Positions 25,198 through 39,523 of a stretch of DNA of 64,000 nucleotides are shown piece after piece. Every line of letters starts with the position of its first letter. Position 1 is the stretch's first letter. Location: positions 120,244 through 184,243 of the forward strand of contig CDMY01000138.1 of assembly GCA_001179505.1 (NCBI GenBank), read 5' to 3'. The DNA is from Vitrella brassicaformis CCMP3155. Taxonomy: Eukaryota; Protista; Chromerida. Position numbers and translations under genes: made by a program. The notes under the pieces were generated by a model. The model searched no databases and was not told where the DNA came from. It saw only the letters and a program-made list of their open reading frames with translations.

Positions 25198-27589
25198 CTA
25201 CAGGGGGTCTCCTATATCTAGTACGGTCCAGTGGTTGGGGCAGAAGTCTTGTGTCGCCCCAATTCGTTCGTATCTGCTTTCGCCCACAGCACTCAAGAAA
25301 AAAAGCACAAAGTATGGCCCTCCACGTAACATGCATATGCCGCCGGCGGTTGCCAGTCCGACCAAGTGCATTCTGATAACACCGGGCTCCGCCATGCTTC
25401 TAATGAGAGGCAAATTGACGGGCCGGACCAGCCAGATAAACTGCACGCCCTCGAAGACCACCTCGATAAACACCATGATCAGCAGACCGGCCACTCGTCC
25501 AAGCAGCTGCGGAACCGATGGAGACAGCACTTGGTCGAGAGTGATGATGCATAGGTTTGTGAGAATAAGCACCGTAAGTTCCACCAACCCGTAAGCGTGC
25601 ACCTGCTGCATTCATTGTCCATCGGCGGAAATCAGTCAGAACAGGGGGGAGACGTGGGATTTGAAGGTATGAAGACAATTCACTTGCTCCTCCCTTACGT
25701 CGCTGAGCCTCCTGAGGAATATTAGGTGAAGCTTGAACTGGACAACTCGTGTGGGGACATCGAGAAACGAGCTCAAGGACCTCAGCAATTGGCGGCTGAA
25801 GAGAGTGCTGGCACCTGTGCGACTCCCTGTGTAGCTCATTACAGTAGTGGACAGTCGGCTGAGCGGTTTGGCCGACGGCTGCTTGGTGACGTTCGGTCTT
25901 TCTGTGTTGTGGGGGCCTTCGCCAGTAACGGTATTGGGCGTCTCGTTTGAGTGCTGATGCTGAATCTCTCTGCATGCTTTGCATGAGGACAGACACCGCA
26001 CCAATGCTCTCTTTGCCGCACCGCTAATAACCATTACTGCAGGTAGAGATAGACAAACATGGACAAAAAGTATGAATCCGCCAATGGTCGCGTATACGTC
26101 TCATATGTGCATACTTGTACTAACCATATGGGACAGCCAAGTCGGTCAACAAGTCGAATGACGCCAGAATAAGCGAAGTCAAAATCTGAGAGAACTCATG
26201 GACACCGAGATCAGAAAAAAGTGACCGAAGCGTGCGGTTTGCATGCATCTTTTAGCTGAGAGGACACATGCTCCATCTTGGCCTGCATCATCCTTGGGTA
26301 GAAAACGAAAGCTACCGCCAGAAACGAGATCAGGACCCCTGATTGCAGCGCAGGACCGTCGCGCAATGAGCGGACCAGCGCCATCACTACAAGACGAACA
26401 AATCGAAGGCATAGGATGAGGCTACGATGAGACTATGCTACCTTACGGAGTGCAAGAAGAGGGGAAATGGTGAGCAACCAGGTCATGATCACAATTTTTC
26501 TTAATAATTCCGCGACCTCTCGCTATGTCTCGAACAAGAGGGAAGAAGAAGGATCGCGCCGAAAATGAAAAGGTCACTAGCAGGAAAAATACGAGCCCCA
26601 TCTGGATGACATAAAGACGTTTTCTTACAACTGTCCTCGATGTCAGAGCCACTTGGCGGAAGACGCTGCAGGGAGCACACAAGAGAGTGTGAGCTGCCAT
26701 TTGAAAGTGTCCTTCATTTCTTCCCTTTCTTACATCACTGGCAGGACAATCCCTACGTACTCATAGAAACAACCTGCGATTATGATCCGGTAAGGTCGCA
26801 AGGCCTCCACGTTGAAGAACACCGCCCCCGCACCGACGTGTAGGATGAATAGAAGAGCGAAGAAAGGCCATGTTGTCTTCAAGCGATAGAGGGCCTCACG
26901 AAAGCTGCCTTCAGCCGCAAACAGCATCGTAGCGATGATGCATAGGGCAACAACAATGCGGCGAGATACATCAAGCACAATCCACGGTCCTTTACATGCC
27001 CAGAAATACCCGACCCAAACCAAAGCCCAGAGAAACGCGATAGTTGCCGCAGCGGCCACTTGAAAGACGAGTACCTTTGCCGTCCGCCTCACTGTCTTCC
27101 GAAAGGGCTCCAGGGTGAACACAGCACCAACAAAAACGTCCCTTTCATAGCGGAAGTGAGTCTCAAACTCCTGAAAGGAGGCTGCAGGTCCCGCACAGAG
27201 TCGAAACTCAGCCACCATGGCCGACAACTCGCGCTCCTCGCTCCGCAATGGTTTTCCATCTTCTTCTCCGACCTCATTGTCCCCGGCCCCCCTCTCTGAA
27301 CAGGTCTCCACAGCAGCAGTTGCGCCCGTGCTCTCGTCGCCGAGCTTCGTGAGGGGTTGCCGCTGTCCCCGTGAGGAATCGGGCTGCGGGGCGGTGTGTT
27401 CAATATCTACGATGACTTCATCGATGGTGGATTCACAGACCGCCTCCATTGGACTGTCGTTGCTTCGCTGTCGTCCAAAGTGTCAAACTTTGTTCGTGGG
27501 GGCACGGTGGGGGCCGTCGGTGGGGGCACGGTGGAAATGAAGCCAAGGCACACCATGTATGTGTGGTGGGGTGGTGTACATACGTTCAT
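25198..27589 (-). CDS. Multi-pass membrane protein of unknown family (paralogue of 40539-43416)
   Basis: Hydrophobic exons at 27449-26760, 26690-26520 and 25600-25200 with a hydrophilic Ser/Thr-rich loop exon at ~25980-25700. The start is either MN|intron at 27589 or the ATG at 27449. The 3' end is uncertain. Confidence 0.75.
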
Positions 27590-28638
27590 GGCCGAGAGCC
27601 TCGTGTCTCAATGAAAAGTAAGTAGTCAGTGTGCCTGGCTGCGACGGTGGACAGATGCCCGGCCCGCTCACTGTGAGCAGACCTCTCTGTCAATTCGTTA
27701 TCTCTGTATTCGTCCGCGACTATGTGCGTGTTGTACGCAACAAGAAAAAAGAGCCGCACACACACACGCAGCGAGAGACACATACACACATCCAACGAAA
27801 GAGAAACCGAAAGACAAACGGGGAGAGGTAGGTTGTCAGACTTGTCTATCTAGCAAGAACTAGAAAATAGGCAGAGAGCCGGAGAAAAGGAGACAGAAGG
27901 AGGAAGGAAAGTTTGCCGCAAGGCTCTGAAGACACACAGCAGACAGGCAGTCGTAAATCCATCCATGACCGACAAAACAGGCAGCGAGATCTTGACCTTC
28001 ACCTTCAACAATCAACGGGGCCGAGAAGAGTGACACGCACACACACAAGGTCGGGGATAGAGAGGGAGATAATGGCTGTATTGGCTGGTGCAAACGAACA
28101 CTCAGCTCCACACGGCAGGCAGGGGCATTGCAGCCAGGGCAGAGATCGGAAAAGAAGCAAGGCAGCGCCATTAGTTTGAATCGGCCAGTAATTCGGGTAT
28201 ATGGAAATGCACAGATAGCCCTAGCAGACACGGAAGAAGACCCCAACGCACGTGCATGCGATAGTCTGTCGTGGACAAGACAAGGCAGCCATGAGGCGCA
28301 TCCATGGGTAGAGAGATCACCAAGCAATTGCCGAGAAAATAGGCATGCCAAGAAAATAGACTGGTCAAGCCAGAGACTCAGCAGAGAGGGAAGGATGCAG
28401 AGGGGAGGGGGCACACGTAAGAGATGCAATGCACCCGTACGTGTGTAGCAAGACACGATTGGCGAAGAAGACAGAGCCTTAGGACGAGGAAGAATCTCCC
28501 ACCCGCCGGCCATTCAAAGCAAGAACCAAGCATTCAGCCGGCCAGCCAGCCAAGCGACACGTCACATATGAATGCACCACACCAGCCAACCAGGCAGGAA
28601 GGCACGCATTGTGCCGTCCGGCAATATCGTCTGCTCAG

Positions 28639-29173
28639 TACGGAGTCAGAGTGCGGGAGGAGCGGCACGCCCGGGACAAGGAGGACAAAGACGAGCCGAA
28701 GTTCACCGGAGTCACCGAGTCACAGTAAAGAAGGTCGCCCGTCAATGCAAGACATAACGTGTCTCTCCCTGTGGTCGAGTGTACAAAAGGAACAATCAGG
28801 CCAGGAGTGGGTCTCGATCGAGAAGGCACCGATCGCCAGTGAGGCCACGAGACTCGGTGACCACACGACGGTGAGCCCATCCAACACCCATCAAGGCTGA
28901 CGCACATTGGCTGAGTGTTCGGTTTGACTGGCTCGGGATGTGGGCCGGTGGGTCAGGAAGACTTTCGACTACGGGGGAAACAGTGCCAGCGACCGCGTGT
29001 ATGTCAACAACAAGAAAGGGTGGACGTTTGACGGAGTGTACAAAAAGATCAAAGAGAGGGGTGAGCGCATAGTGCAAGTGAGCATCAAACGGTTGCACTG
29101 TGCGTGTGCATGTGTCCCAGGGTGGCTCTTCCCCGAGAATGGCTCGGCGCAGAAGAAGCTGGCCTCTCTGTAG
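28639..29173 (+). CDS. 3' exons of a small unidentified gene
   Basis: Four exons join in phase across GT-AG introns: YGVRVREERHARDKEDKDEPKFTGVTES-Q-PGVGLDREGTDR-Q-KTFDYGGNSASDRVYVNNKKGWTFDGVYKKIKER-G-WLFPENGSAQKKLASL*. No start exon found. Confidence 0.55.
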
Positions 29174-29299
29174 CGCTGTGTTTGACGGATAGATACTTGG
29201 ACATGCGCAGTGAAAATTCAACACAACTGAAACCATGCCGTTCTGATTTGTGTGGAAAACATTTTGAACTTGCGCTGTGTCAGAAAGGTGCATGATTCA

Positions 29300-32200
29300 T
29301 CGCCTATAGGAGCTCTATGCGTGGCTGCATCCATCATGCATGCACGCATCCATCGTGTCATGCGTCTCTTAGGGAAAAAGCAAGCGACTCTCTTCGGTCA
29401 TCAGCCACCAGCCAGCCAACCACACACGCCCCCACATAAGTCTGTCTGTGTCTCGTCCGTGCACCACAACAAAGGGAAAAGAGCAACAAACGGATGAGGA
29501 AGGAGGAATGATACATGGGAGGGTAGAGAGTGGCAGGAGCTGTGAGCAAGCGGACAACTTGTGGGTGCTGAAAAGCACACCGCCCGCTGCTGTGTCTTTC
29601 TTGGCTCTCGTCTCTCTCCCTTCGTCACTTCCCTCCCTCTGAGGCATTGATGCTGTCTGTCTGTCTGTCTGTCTGTGTCGGTCCCTTGTTTTCTTTGTGA
29701 GACCTGCGATGACGTACACTGCTCATTCGTTCGTCCCCGTCACTGATTGCCTATGGCTTGCTTGCTTAGCTCACTGGCTGTCATCCTTGCTTTGAGGATC
29801 CGTCACAGCATCTCTTTCCATCCCTCCATCCCTCCCTCGCTCCAATCAGTGGTGGTGAAACTTGCCAATATACAGACATTCACACGCTCACGATCATGCG
29901 CCCGCATCATCCATCCATCCATCCATCCATTTCACGCAGCCACACCTCTCTCTCCGTTTTGGTGAGCACAGGCAGGCAGCCAGGCAGCCAGACAGCAGTG
30001 TGGGCAGGCGAGCAGGTGGGCAAACAAGGCAGGCATACAGACAGACAGACGGGCCTTCTTTGGCCCTAACTCACGGTAGCTCACGTGACGCACGAGAAAA
30101 AATCGCTCGTGTGACCGTCTGTCTGCCCGCCTGCCCGGATGTCGCGTCGTCCATTGTGCGTGCAAAAGCCTATCCATCCATCCATTCGTCCATCTGGCTG
30201 ATGAATCGTCAGTCAATCCGTCAAAACCCGCACCACACACAGCTGGCTGGGAGGGTACAAACACCACAACACACACAGGCACTCACACAGGGGAAGTACA
30301 CCGCGCACCGACCCATTGACCTCCCCACCAAGAGCAATCGGATGAAAAGCACCACAGGCCGGCACTCAGGCACACGAAAGAGAAAACGAGAGCGGAGCAG
30401 AGGAAAGCAAGGTGAGAGCGTGAGTGTGCGGGCGTGTGAGCAGCAAGACAGACAGACAGACAGATCGGGTGGTCGTGCTCCCGAGATCCCTCAGAGCAGC
30501 CTACATATGTGGAGGGTGCGTGGGCGTTTCAGAGTGAGCTCAAGCGACGGCAAAGCAACAGCAGGAGACGACACCGGGACAGAAAAGAGAAAGAAATGTG
30601 ACGGTACGATGCTATGCATGGAGATACATACATGCGTACATGCATGGAAAGAGAGGAAAGAAATGAAATCAGAGATGTGTATCCTGAGTGAGACAGAGCT
30701 CCTCAGCACGTCATATTCACCCCTCTCCCTCCCTCCCTGCCAGGTCAGGCCGGCATTGCTACTGCAGCAACGAAAAACGAATCGGCACGCATGTGGACCT
30801 GCTATGTCGTGCATCCATTCATGGGCCCGTGCATCGCCCGCCTTGCCGCGATGGCCTGTCTCTCTGTCTGTCTGCACGTCTGTATGTGTGTGTGAGAAAG
30901 TCTTCAGCCAGGAAAACGGCACCGCCGGACTGTCTGGCGTTGCGATAGATACATATCCATACATACAGATGTACACACGTACAAACATACAGGACATGTG
31001 TATACATACACAGATGATACATACTCGAAAAACGACTAGAGCCGACATGCGCACCCAGCGCAGCCAAGCTGCACCAGCCGATCGGCTGAAATGGCTCGCT
31101 CATGCCTGTTTCCTCGTGTGACAGACAGACAAGGCCACTGTCTCTCTGTAGCCTCCTTGCAGCGGCACGCGAGCACGGTTATGAAACTTCCTTCTTTGAC
31201 CGCGTCTCGCTCTGCCTGTCTGTCTGTGTGCTGTCCCTGCGTATGTCTTCACAGTGCAAAATACGATAGAATCAATACGTACGCCCTCCCTGGTCACAAT
31301 ACGATAGTCACATCCGTGAGTGCCTTCCCCCTCCCCACCCAGGCCCAAAGAAGCGCACGCACGCAAGGGACGTGCGTGTCAGAGCGAGTCGCATCATCTC
31401 TGGTAGGTAGCACGGCCGTACGAGCGAGGAGTAAGTGAGAGGAAGAGAGAAAGAAGTATACAGGGAGAGGGATGGTATGGATGTGTGTGGAATAGATTGA
31501 TTGATTGGTGGATTTACGATAGGCAGCATACAAGCAAGAGGGGAAAGGAAGGGAGGGAGGGAGGGGGGATTGGTGGATTGGCTGGTCAAATACGATAGCA
31601 GAGAGGCAGTGTAAGTATATGTACACATACATACATACACACATACATACATACACGTTGATGGATCACCCCAATGCATCAAAAACGAATCGGGTGCGTA
31701 CGCCAACGCAGCCACGCCCGCGACACACCATTGCACAATGACGGCTCACTGACCAACCGAGCCGTCGTCCGTCAAGCCATGTCATCGAGTGCCTGCCTAT
31801 GCACGCCTTCACGAATTCCGAGCAGCAACAGAAAAGACGGAGGGAAAAGGCCCGCCTGGTGTGCGTGTGTGTCGTGTGCACTCACGAACCAACCACTCAG
31901 CAAAACGAGAGACAAGGCAACCGAGACAGAGCGAGGCATGCAGACACTCGTGTGTGCTTGCGTGGCGCAGTGGTCGTCCAGTCGATGAAGGAGTGAATTC
32001 GGAGCAAGAGCAATCAAGCAATCAAGCAACCAAGCAATCAAGCAAGCAAGAAAGCAGGCAGGCAGGCGGCACGCACAGCCGGAGGGCAGTCATTGCCGCC
32101 TCAATCGATTGGTTTGTCCGTTTGTCTCGATCGGTCTGTCGGTCGGTCGGTCGGTCGATCGGTCGAATTACGGCCGCACAGGCAGCAAAGATGCTAATTA

Positions 32201-33250
32201 TTGGCTCTCACTAAGCCGCCTTTCGATAGAGCACCCACCCTCTCACCAATCCACCAACCCACCCACCCACACCAACAGTGATCACTAGGCATCCATCAGA
32301 CAGACAGACAGAACGGCCGACGTATTTCTCTCGCGCCGTCCTGTGAGCGATATCGACTTTGCTTCCTAAGCAGAACAATCAAGCAGAGAGGGGATGGGAG
32401 GGGACGGAGGCACTCCACACACACACACACACACACATACACACACCACAGACAGGCGGACGAAGGGCGGGAGGGAGCAAACAAAGGGGAGGATCGGGCG
32501 TACGTACCGATGGAAGGATGAGTAATCCAGCCAGACAATCAGACAGCCAGTGAGCGAGTCAGACAGTGCACGATGGATAGATACGACCATACAGGCGGTT
32601 TAAATATCGCGGGGAGTCCGCTCTCCTTCCCTCCATCCTTCCATCCATCCAGCCACGCCCACACACGTCACCGTGTCATAATGATATCACGTCACATGCA
32701 CACAGCAGCAGCAATGTCCGTTGAAAATTAGCGGACCCATCCGCTGTGTTGCTTCCGCCCACCAGCCCAACCACCCAGCAACCCTTGCTTCCTTCCCTCC
32801 CCCAACACTCACGTCCCCCGGTCTGCTCACCCACACCCACACCCACACCCACACCACACACGTGCAACATCCTCGCCACGCCTTGCCTTGCCTTGCCTGC
32901 CTTTTCCCCCTCAGCCAAAAAGAACCCTCACTCACGCCAGCCCCGTATCGATGTGCAGCAATCCATCCACCGATACATCCATCGATCCATCTGTGAGCCC
33001 GCCCGGCCCATATGGGCAAAATTGGGCGCCCTCCCTTCCTCCGTAGGTCCATCTATCCATCCATTCACGCAGGCATTCAGCGGTCGGGCGGTCGGCCTCG
33101 TCAAGACCCGCCCTGGCGTCAGCGTCATGAAGAATGTGGTGTGTGTGATGTGATGTGGCATGGTGTGTGTGTGTGTGTACATAAACAGAAGATGACTAGC
33201 AGTGAGCGAGAGTACGATACGGGTAGCCAGCCAGGCAGGCAGTAAAGGTC
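29300..33250. other. Long microsatellite-rich non-coding stretch
   Basis: Dense (CTGT)n, (CCAT)n, (CA)n, (AAGC)n and (GGTC)n tracts. The ORFs here translate as repeat-derived text and no phase-consistent exons were found. Confidence 0.6.
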
Positions 33251-33857
33251 TCTTCTAGTGAGTGAGATGGGTAGTGAGTGTATCAAATGCCGAGTCCGTG
33301 TCGGTCGGTATGGCTCGCTTCGTTCCTTGCTCTACGATACAGACAGCTTGCTTGCTGGCGCCTGTCTTGTCTTTCTGTCTGTCTGAGTCTCCCCTTTGTC
33401 TCGCGTGCGCCCTCCCCCTCCCCGACGCCCATGGAATGCAACGCAGGCAGCCAGTCTGTCTGTCTGTCTGTACACTCACTCACACGTCATCCATACATCC
33501 ATCCACGACACGACGAACAAGCCCACCCCGCCCAGACGTGGCCCCAGCCCATGCAGTCCACTGCTACGCTTTTAGCCGTTGTCTGTCGACTCTGTCTCTC
33601 TGTCTCTGTCTCTGTCTCTCTTTCTCCCTGCCCGACCGAACGACCGACCGACCGTACTCACGCTCACGCACTCACCACAATGCCCCCCCGACAGCCAGCC
33701 AGCCAGCCAGCCATCCGTACCTACTCAGTCAGACTTACTTACGTTTTACACGACGTTCTGTACACCCACGGCACACCGCACACAGCCACAGCGAATGCCC
33801 CCCCCCAGCCAAGCCTACCCACACCACTTCTATCTATTTCCCCATCTGTCTGTCAAG

Positions 33858-36800
33858 CTACGTCCGGAATGCGGCTGCGATTTTGGCCCACTTGTCGTCT
33901 GCCGCCCCTCTGTCGTTGCTCCAGGGCGGCTGGGTCGTGTCGCCCTGCCCCGTGGTGCTCTCACAGAGACTCTGGCGGCTGTCGTGCGGGCTGTCGCTCT
34001 GGTTGCCCTGGCTCGAGGGGCTCGTGTGGTGCGGGTGGCTCGTGTGCGCCGTCTGGGCGTGGGAAGCGGCCCCGCCGCCCACACCGACCCCGCCTACCGA
34101 TGGAAAGGAAGGCGAGTATGGCGACGAGTGGTTGGACTGGGGGTGCGGGTGGGCGGCGCCCATGAGCGTCTCTATAGGGGTGAAGAAGAGGGACCGAGCG
34201 TGGACCGGAGAGGCGTCCCCGACGCTGCTGCCGGTGGCGGTGAGGTCGTGTGGGTGTGGGGAGGAGGACCCGCCCACGCTCGTGTTGTGCAGGCTGGGCG
34301 CGTCGCAACCGTTGGAGTGAACGTCCTCACGGTCAGACGGCGAGTGAGACGAACCTGACGACGGTGCTGACCAATATCACACACAAAACAGAAAGGACTC
34401 AATCCGGCCACCTGCCACTTCCGTCTCTCTCTCTCCCCCTCTCCCTCGCGTACCTCTGAGTGCCTCGAGGGGCTGCGGCGGGACACTCATGTGTGGCATC
34501 ATCTGGCAGGCGTATCGGTCCCCCTCCCTGTCCTGCATGCCCACCGCCGTCCGCCACTGCTCCCTCTGTGAGTGGTGCATGTACCCGCCACTCGCCCCGC
34601 CCCCTCCAGCGGCCGTCGCCGACGAGCTCCCACTCTCCGACTGCCCAAAGGCATCCGGCGACCCCGTTGCGATCGAATGCGTGTCGACCTCGCTCGTACC
34701 GCCCTTGCAACTTGGCTGGTGCTGGTGAGGTAGGCCCCCTGTCTGGGCGGTGACCACTGTCTTGGTGGCCGTGGTGGGGTTGGCCGAGTTGTTGGCGGTT
34801 GTGTTGGTGTTGTTGGTGTCCAAAAGTGTGTGAGGGAGGTGGTATCCGTAGTTGTGGGGGTAGGGGGCCATGGCAGCGGGGTCGAAGAGAGAGGGGGAGG
34901 GGTAGCCCAGCGGGAAGGGCTGCAGGGGGTCTGCCGGCGACGGAGGGGCCGGGGCGGTGTTGGGGTGCTGCTGCTGCTGATAGTGCTGATAGGGCTGGTG
35001 GTGGGGGTGGTGAGGGTGATATTCGAGACCTGTCAAGACGCCAAAACAAAAGACATAGAGACAATTGACTTGACGCATGCATCTGTCAATGATTGGATGC
35101 ACGAGTGCCGCACCAGTGTCGGTCACCTGCTATTCTGTTGCGGCTGTCGACGCTCGATAGCAGCTTCTCCGCCTCGCCAGGAGGGTGCGTGCCTGCATCA
35201 ACACAGCAGCAAACCAAACGACCCACATACACAAGTCATTCAAATCCACAGAAGCTCATTCCCGTCCACCCTCCCGACCCACCGGCCTCCACAGGCACAG
35301 ATGTCGGCGTGTCGTCCACAGCCGCATCCCTCTCCCTCTCCCTGCCTTCGTCCACACTCCGCGACCCCCCACCCCCACCGCCGCCCCCACCGCCGCCCCC
35401 ACTCCCACCATACCTCGGCCGTCTCAGCTCATGCGAAGTGCCGGGAGGCGTGTCGCGACTGCTCGACTTGCGGCTCCGGGTGCCACTGCCACTGCCGCCC
35501 GTGTTGCTGCCGCTGCCTCCCTTCGAGTGCGGCGACCCACTGCTCGCGCCGCCACCCTGGACGCCGATCGACACCATGTGAAGACGCTGGGAGAGGTCCT
35601 CCTGGGGCACCTGGTGGGTGTGGGAATGGTCTGGGGGAGGCGGCTGTGGTGGTGGTGGTGCCCCTTGCTGTGGTGGGGGCGTGGGTGCGGGTGGCTGGGC
35701 GTTGTGTTGTGAGGCCTGCATGAGTGCGGCCCGGTTGAGCCAGGGCAGGACGGCAGAGAGGGGGACGGAGATGTCGTTGGCGTTGGGGTAGTTGCTCTGG
35801 TTGTTGCCGTTGTTGACGACGTTCATCATGCCCGCCTGCTGCAGGTGGTAGTGCAGCTGCTGCTGAATGGCCACGCTGAAGTCCATCTCGCCATCGTCCA
35901 CACCCACGCCCATGCCCCCCATGTTGCCCATGCCGCCCATACCAACACCTCCAGCCATCCCCGGCACATCCCCCGGCGCATAGGCGTCGTGCGCACCGAA
36001 ACCTGGTGGCGGACCCACCACCCCACCGCTGCTGCTGGGCGGCGATGGCACTCTCGGAAGGCACTGCTGGTCCACACCGCCCCCAGCACTGCCGTTGCCC
36101 CCTCCCAGCAGCGCCGTCAGGGTGGAAAAATTGGGGAGTGACATGGGCGCCTGAGAGTGGGGGTGGCCTCCGGCGTGGTGGCCCCCCATGCCGGTCACAA
36201 TCAGGTGGGCCGCCAACGCCGCGGCGGCCGCAGCCGCGCTGACCGAGGACGAGTGGGGGTGGGGCGGAGACGTCTGCACGTCGCATGGGTTGGGGGCTGG
36301 CGTGGCGGGGGGCGTGCCCACGGGCTCGGGGGGCGCCCCCTGGCTCATGTGGGTGGTGGAGACGGGCATGGACGGCGTGATGGGGTGCGGGGGATGGATC
36401 TGCACTGGTGGGGGGCGATGCAGCGGGCGGTAGCGTGACCGCTGCTGCGGCACTGACGGACTGGCGCCGCTGTTGTTGTTGTTGGCCGGGCGGCTGCCGT
36501 TGCCCATCTGCTGCGGGCCGTTCCTCTGTCGGTTCATGGGCATCTGAGGTGGAGGGGGCTGGTGGACTTTTCCCACCTCCTGCTGGTCCCCAGGTGGCGG
36601 CACTCCGACCCCACGCAACACCCCCGAGCCACCGTTGCCATTCCTCACGGCCATCTCCTCTTCCTCAGCCCTCTGGTGAGCCTGTGCAGGCATGGGCACC
36701 GACTCACCGCCGCCGTGCTCCAGACCGGTGCCGTACTTGTGCCTGCTGTTGCTGATGGTGTGCTGCCTGGATGCCGTGGTGGTGCTGCTGCTTGACCGGC

Positions 36801-37689
36801 TGACGGGGGAGGGGGGCGAGTCGTACTGGCTGCTGTTGGACCTCTGCGGCTGCGGCTGTTGCTGTTGCTGTGAGCCGAAGAAGCCGTTGAGTGGTGCGGA
36901 CGGGGGCGGGGTGCAGGGAGGGTTGTATGTGACGCCCGTGGCGTCGCGGAGCTCCTCTTGCGAGTGGGCGAAGGGGCAGAAGTACCGACGACACGAAGGG
37001 TGGGCCAGGCAGAACTTCATCTTGTAGGCTGACAGACAGACAGACAGACAGAGAGAGAGAGACGGACACATGTGAACAGGTGTTAGTGTTAGTGTCAATC
37101 GTGTCAAAGTGTGAGTGTCATGTTGTGTTGTGTTATGTGTTGCTTACTGAGAGGGTGGTAGAGCTGCTCCTCTTTGCTGTGGGCGTATTTGCATCTGCGT
37201 CTGTGGGTGCAGTTGTTGATGAGGCTCATCTTCTCGCCCTTCTTGACGAACGATATGTTCGGACACAACTCAGGCCTGCACCACAAGACAAACAAACAGA
37301 GAAAGCCATCAAGCAATCAACCAATTAATTAACCAATCGACGACCGATGGATGGATGGATGGCCGCACCCCCACACGTGTGTTGTAGTTGGGCCCTTTGG
37401 CTCACCAGTAGGGTATCTCCATGGGGTTCCTTCTCTGCCACGCCAGACAGTGGCTGTGTGGACACCTGCACGGCACACACCAGAAACAAACACCACATGA
37501 ACAAAAGCACATAATGCTTGCATCCCTCCCTCCCCTCCCTCCCTCCCCTTAACAGACTCACCTGTCCATGCGGTCGCACTTGCCATACTTCTGAATCTGG
37601 TCGCATATGCGTGTGCGAAAGCGGGCCATGTCCTCATCGTGCAGGTACTTGTGCGTGGCAGACGACGAAGTCCCACCCACATCAGTCAT
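33858..37689 (-). CDS. Unkempt-like tandem CCCH zinc-finger RNA-binding protein with a long low-complexity C-terminus
   Basis: ATG at 37689. Spliced N-terminus [42 protein letters not shown]|[21 protein letters not shown]|PELCPNI...[23 protein letters not shown]|[27 protein letters not shown] contains three CCCH fingers. P/Q/G/H/N-rich exons follow. The stop at 33858 may instead be a splice donor. Confidence 0.9.
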
Positions 37690-39523
37690 CCTCGCTCACC
37701 CACGGACTCACGCACGCACCCACGCAGACCAACAGACGGGCTGACGAACCGGGAGAGAGAGGGAGAGAAAAGAGGGGATGGAGAGAGGGAAAGATGGGCG
37801 ATTGACAACGTCGGTCGGTCGGTCAGTCGATGGGTCGGTGGGGCGTTGCTGGGGCTCGTGGGTGGGTGCTCGGTGAGGCTGGTTGGTTGGCTGGTTGGTT
37901 GGTTGGTCGGTTGGTTCGATGAATAGTAACGATCGAGGCTGTTGTCGAGCAGACGCAGACGGCTGTTGTCGGTCGACAGCTTAGGCCGTCCGCTCCGCCG
38001 GGACAGACAGATAGACAGACAGGCGCGTTACCCTGGTCACTCAGTGGGTCACTTCTCAGTGGAAACCGTGGCCCCCCATCCCATCCTCATGCCGCTCCAT
38101 GGGTCAGGCAGCACCAACCCAGCCAGCCGACAGCCGATAATAGGATGAGATACACCGAAGGAAGCACCACACCAGTCGGGCTGCCCCCCTCAGGACTAGT
38201 ACTCAACAGCCACGCTGCTGCCCGTCGCTTTGCTGCCACCAGGGAAGACCACCACAGCTCAGCTCAGCTCCTTGGTGCGTACGTGCGTGGCGGCCAGAGT
38301 GCTGTGCGGTCTTGTTGCTACGATGGACTCACTCACTCACTCAGTGACACTCACTCACTCACTCAGAGTGCTCTTCAGTGCACACTCAGCCACTTGTGGG
38401 GGGGGCTGGCGGGAGAGGGGGGAGAAGAAGGGAAGAAAAGAAAAAGCTCCTCGTACGCGAGCTCGCAAAAAGCCGTTTGTACTCCAACGGCATGTGTGAC
38501 TTCTTGCCTTGCCCCCTCCTGCTTGGCCACCAACCGAAGGGCAATCTCTACTGCTGCCGAAGGGCAATCTCAACCCGAGCCGAATCTGACTAGCCGCATG
38601 TCGGCAATGGGCACCGCAAGGTGCCCGGAGTGCCGCACAGCCTTCCCTGCGTCCCTCGCTCCACCATTGACCCCATCTCATCGAGGGTGACGACTATGCT
38701 GACGGGTTCCAGTAGGCGCTCTTCGGTGAGGGCATTGTCTGGTTAGCCGCTTGAGACCCTACCGGTCTTCGCGCCCTATGTTGACGAGAGTTGCCCGCGG
38801 TGCATATGTGGGATGTCTAACAAGCCGCCGCCGATGGCACACAGCCGAAGAAGACCCCTCATCCATGGCTTTCTTTGACTGTCTTTTTTGGCTGTCTTCA
38901 TGCAGCGGGCGGCTGTGCTGTGTGCCGCTCGCGGACTACACGCACGTCAACGTGTGTCTGCCTGCCTGCCTGCCTGCCTGCAGTCCTGGCTGAGACGTCT
39001 GACCAATAGGGACCCCTGTGTGTCGTTGCAGTGACTGGCTCTGTTCACTCATCTAACCCATATACGTGTCCATCGAGGTGACATGAACCAACAGGAAAAA
39101 TCAGGAGCCCACGATGGAAAGGGTTGACAGTCAGTGATTTCCATGCCGCCGCGTCACCAGCTTGACTCACCCACAGATATACTAGCCATTGCACACAGGC
39201 AGCGTCCCCCTAAGAGTACAACGTGGCGCAACGCAGCATCGGTCACATCAGTGACGGAGATGGCACATATAGATGGACAGAGTCGCCAGCGGCACACACA
39301 GCAGCTGCTATCGACACACAAAAAGAAAAGCCGGAGAGATCTCCCAGCCGGCTGTAGTTCGGACATGCACACACCATCTCTACTCGTTCTTGGCGGAGAG
39401 GGCCCTGCAAACACAGACACGGCAGGCGAGGCGAGCGACGGCCTTTTTCCCTTGCTGCTCCACAAAGCTGTCTCTTGCTTACCTATCGTGCGTGAGGGCA
39501 TCGCCTGGGCTAGCTTAGCGTAC

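Noticed and set aside
29862-31121. 419-aa ORF
   Set aside because: It translates microsatellite runs (HPSIHPSI, QDRQTDR) with no motifs or exon-like boundaries.
33262-36141. Long plus-strand ORFs (352, 295, 297 aa)
   Set aside because: Antisense to the GC-rich low-complexity exons of the CCCH gene.
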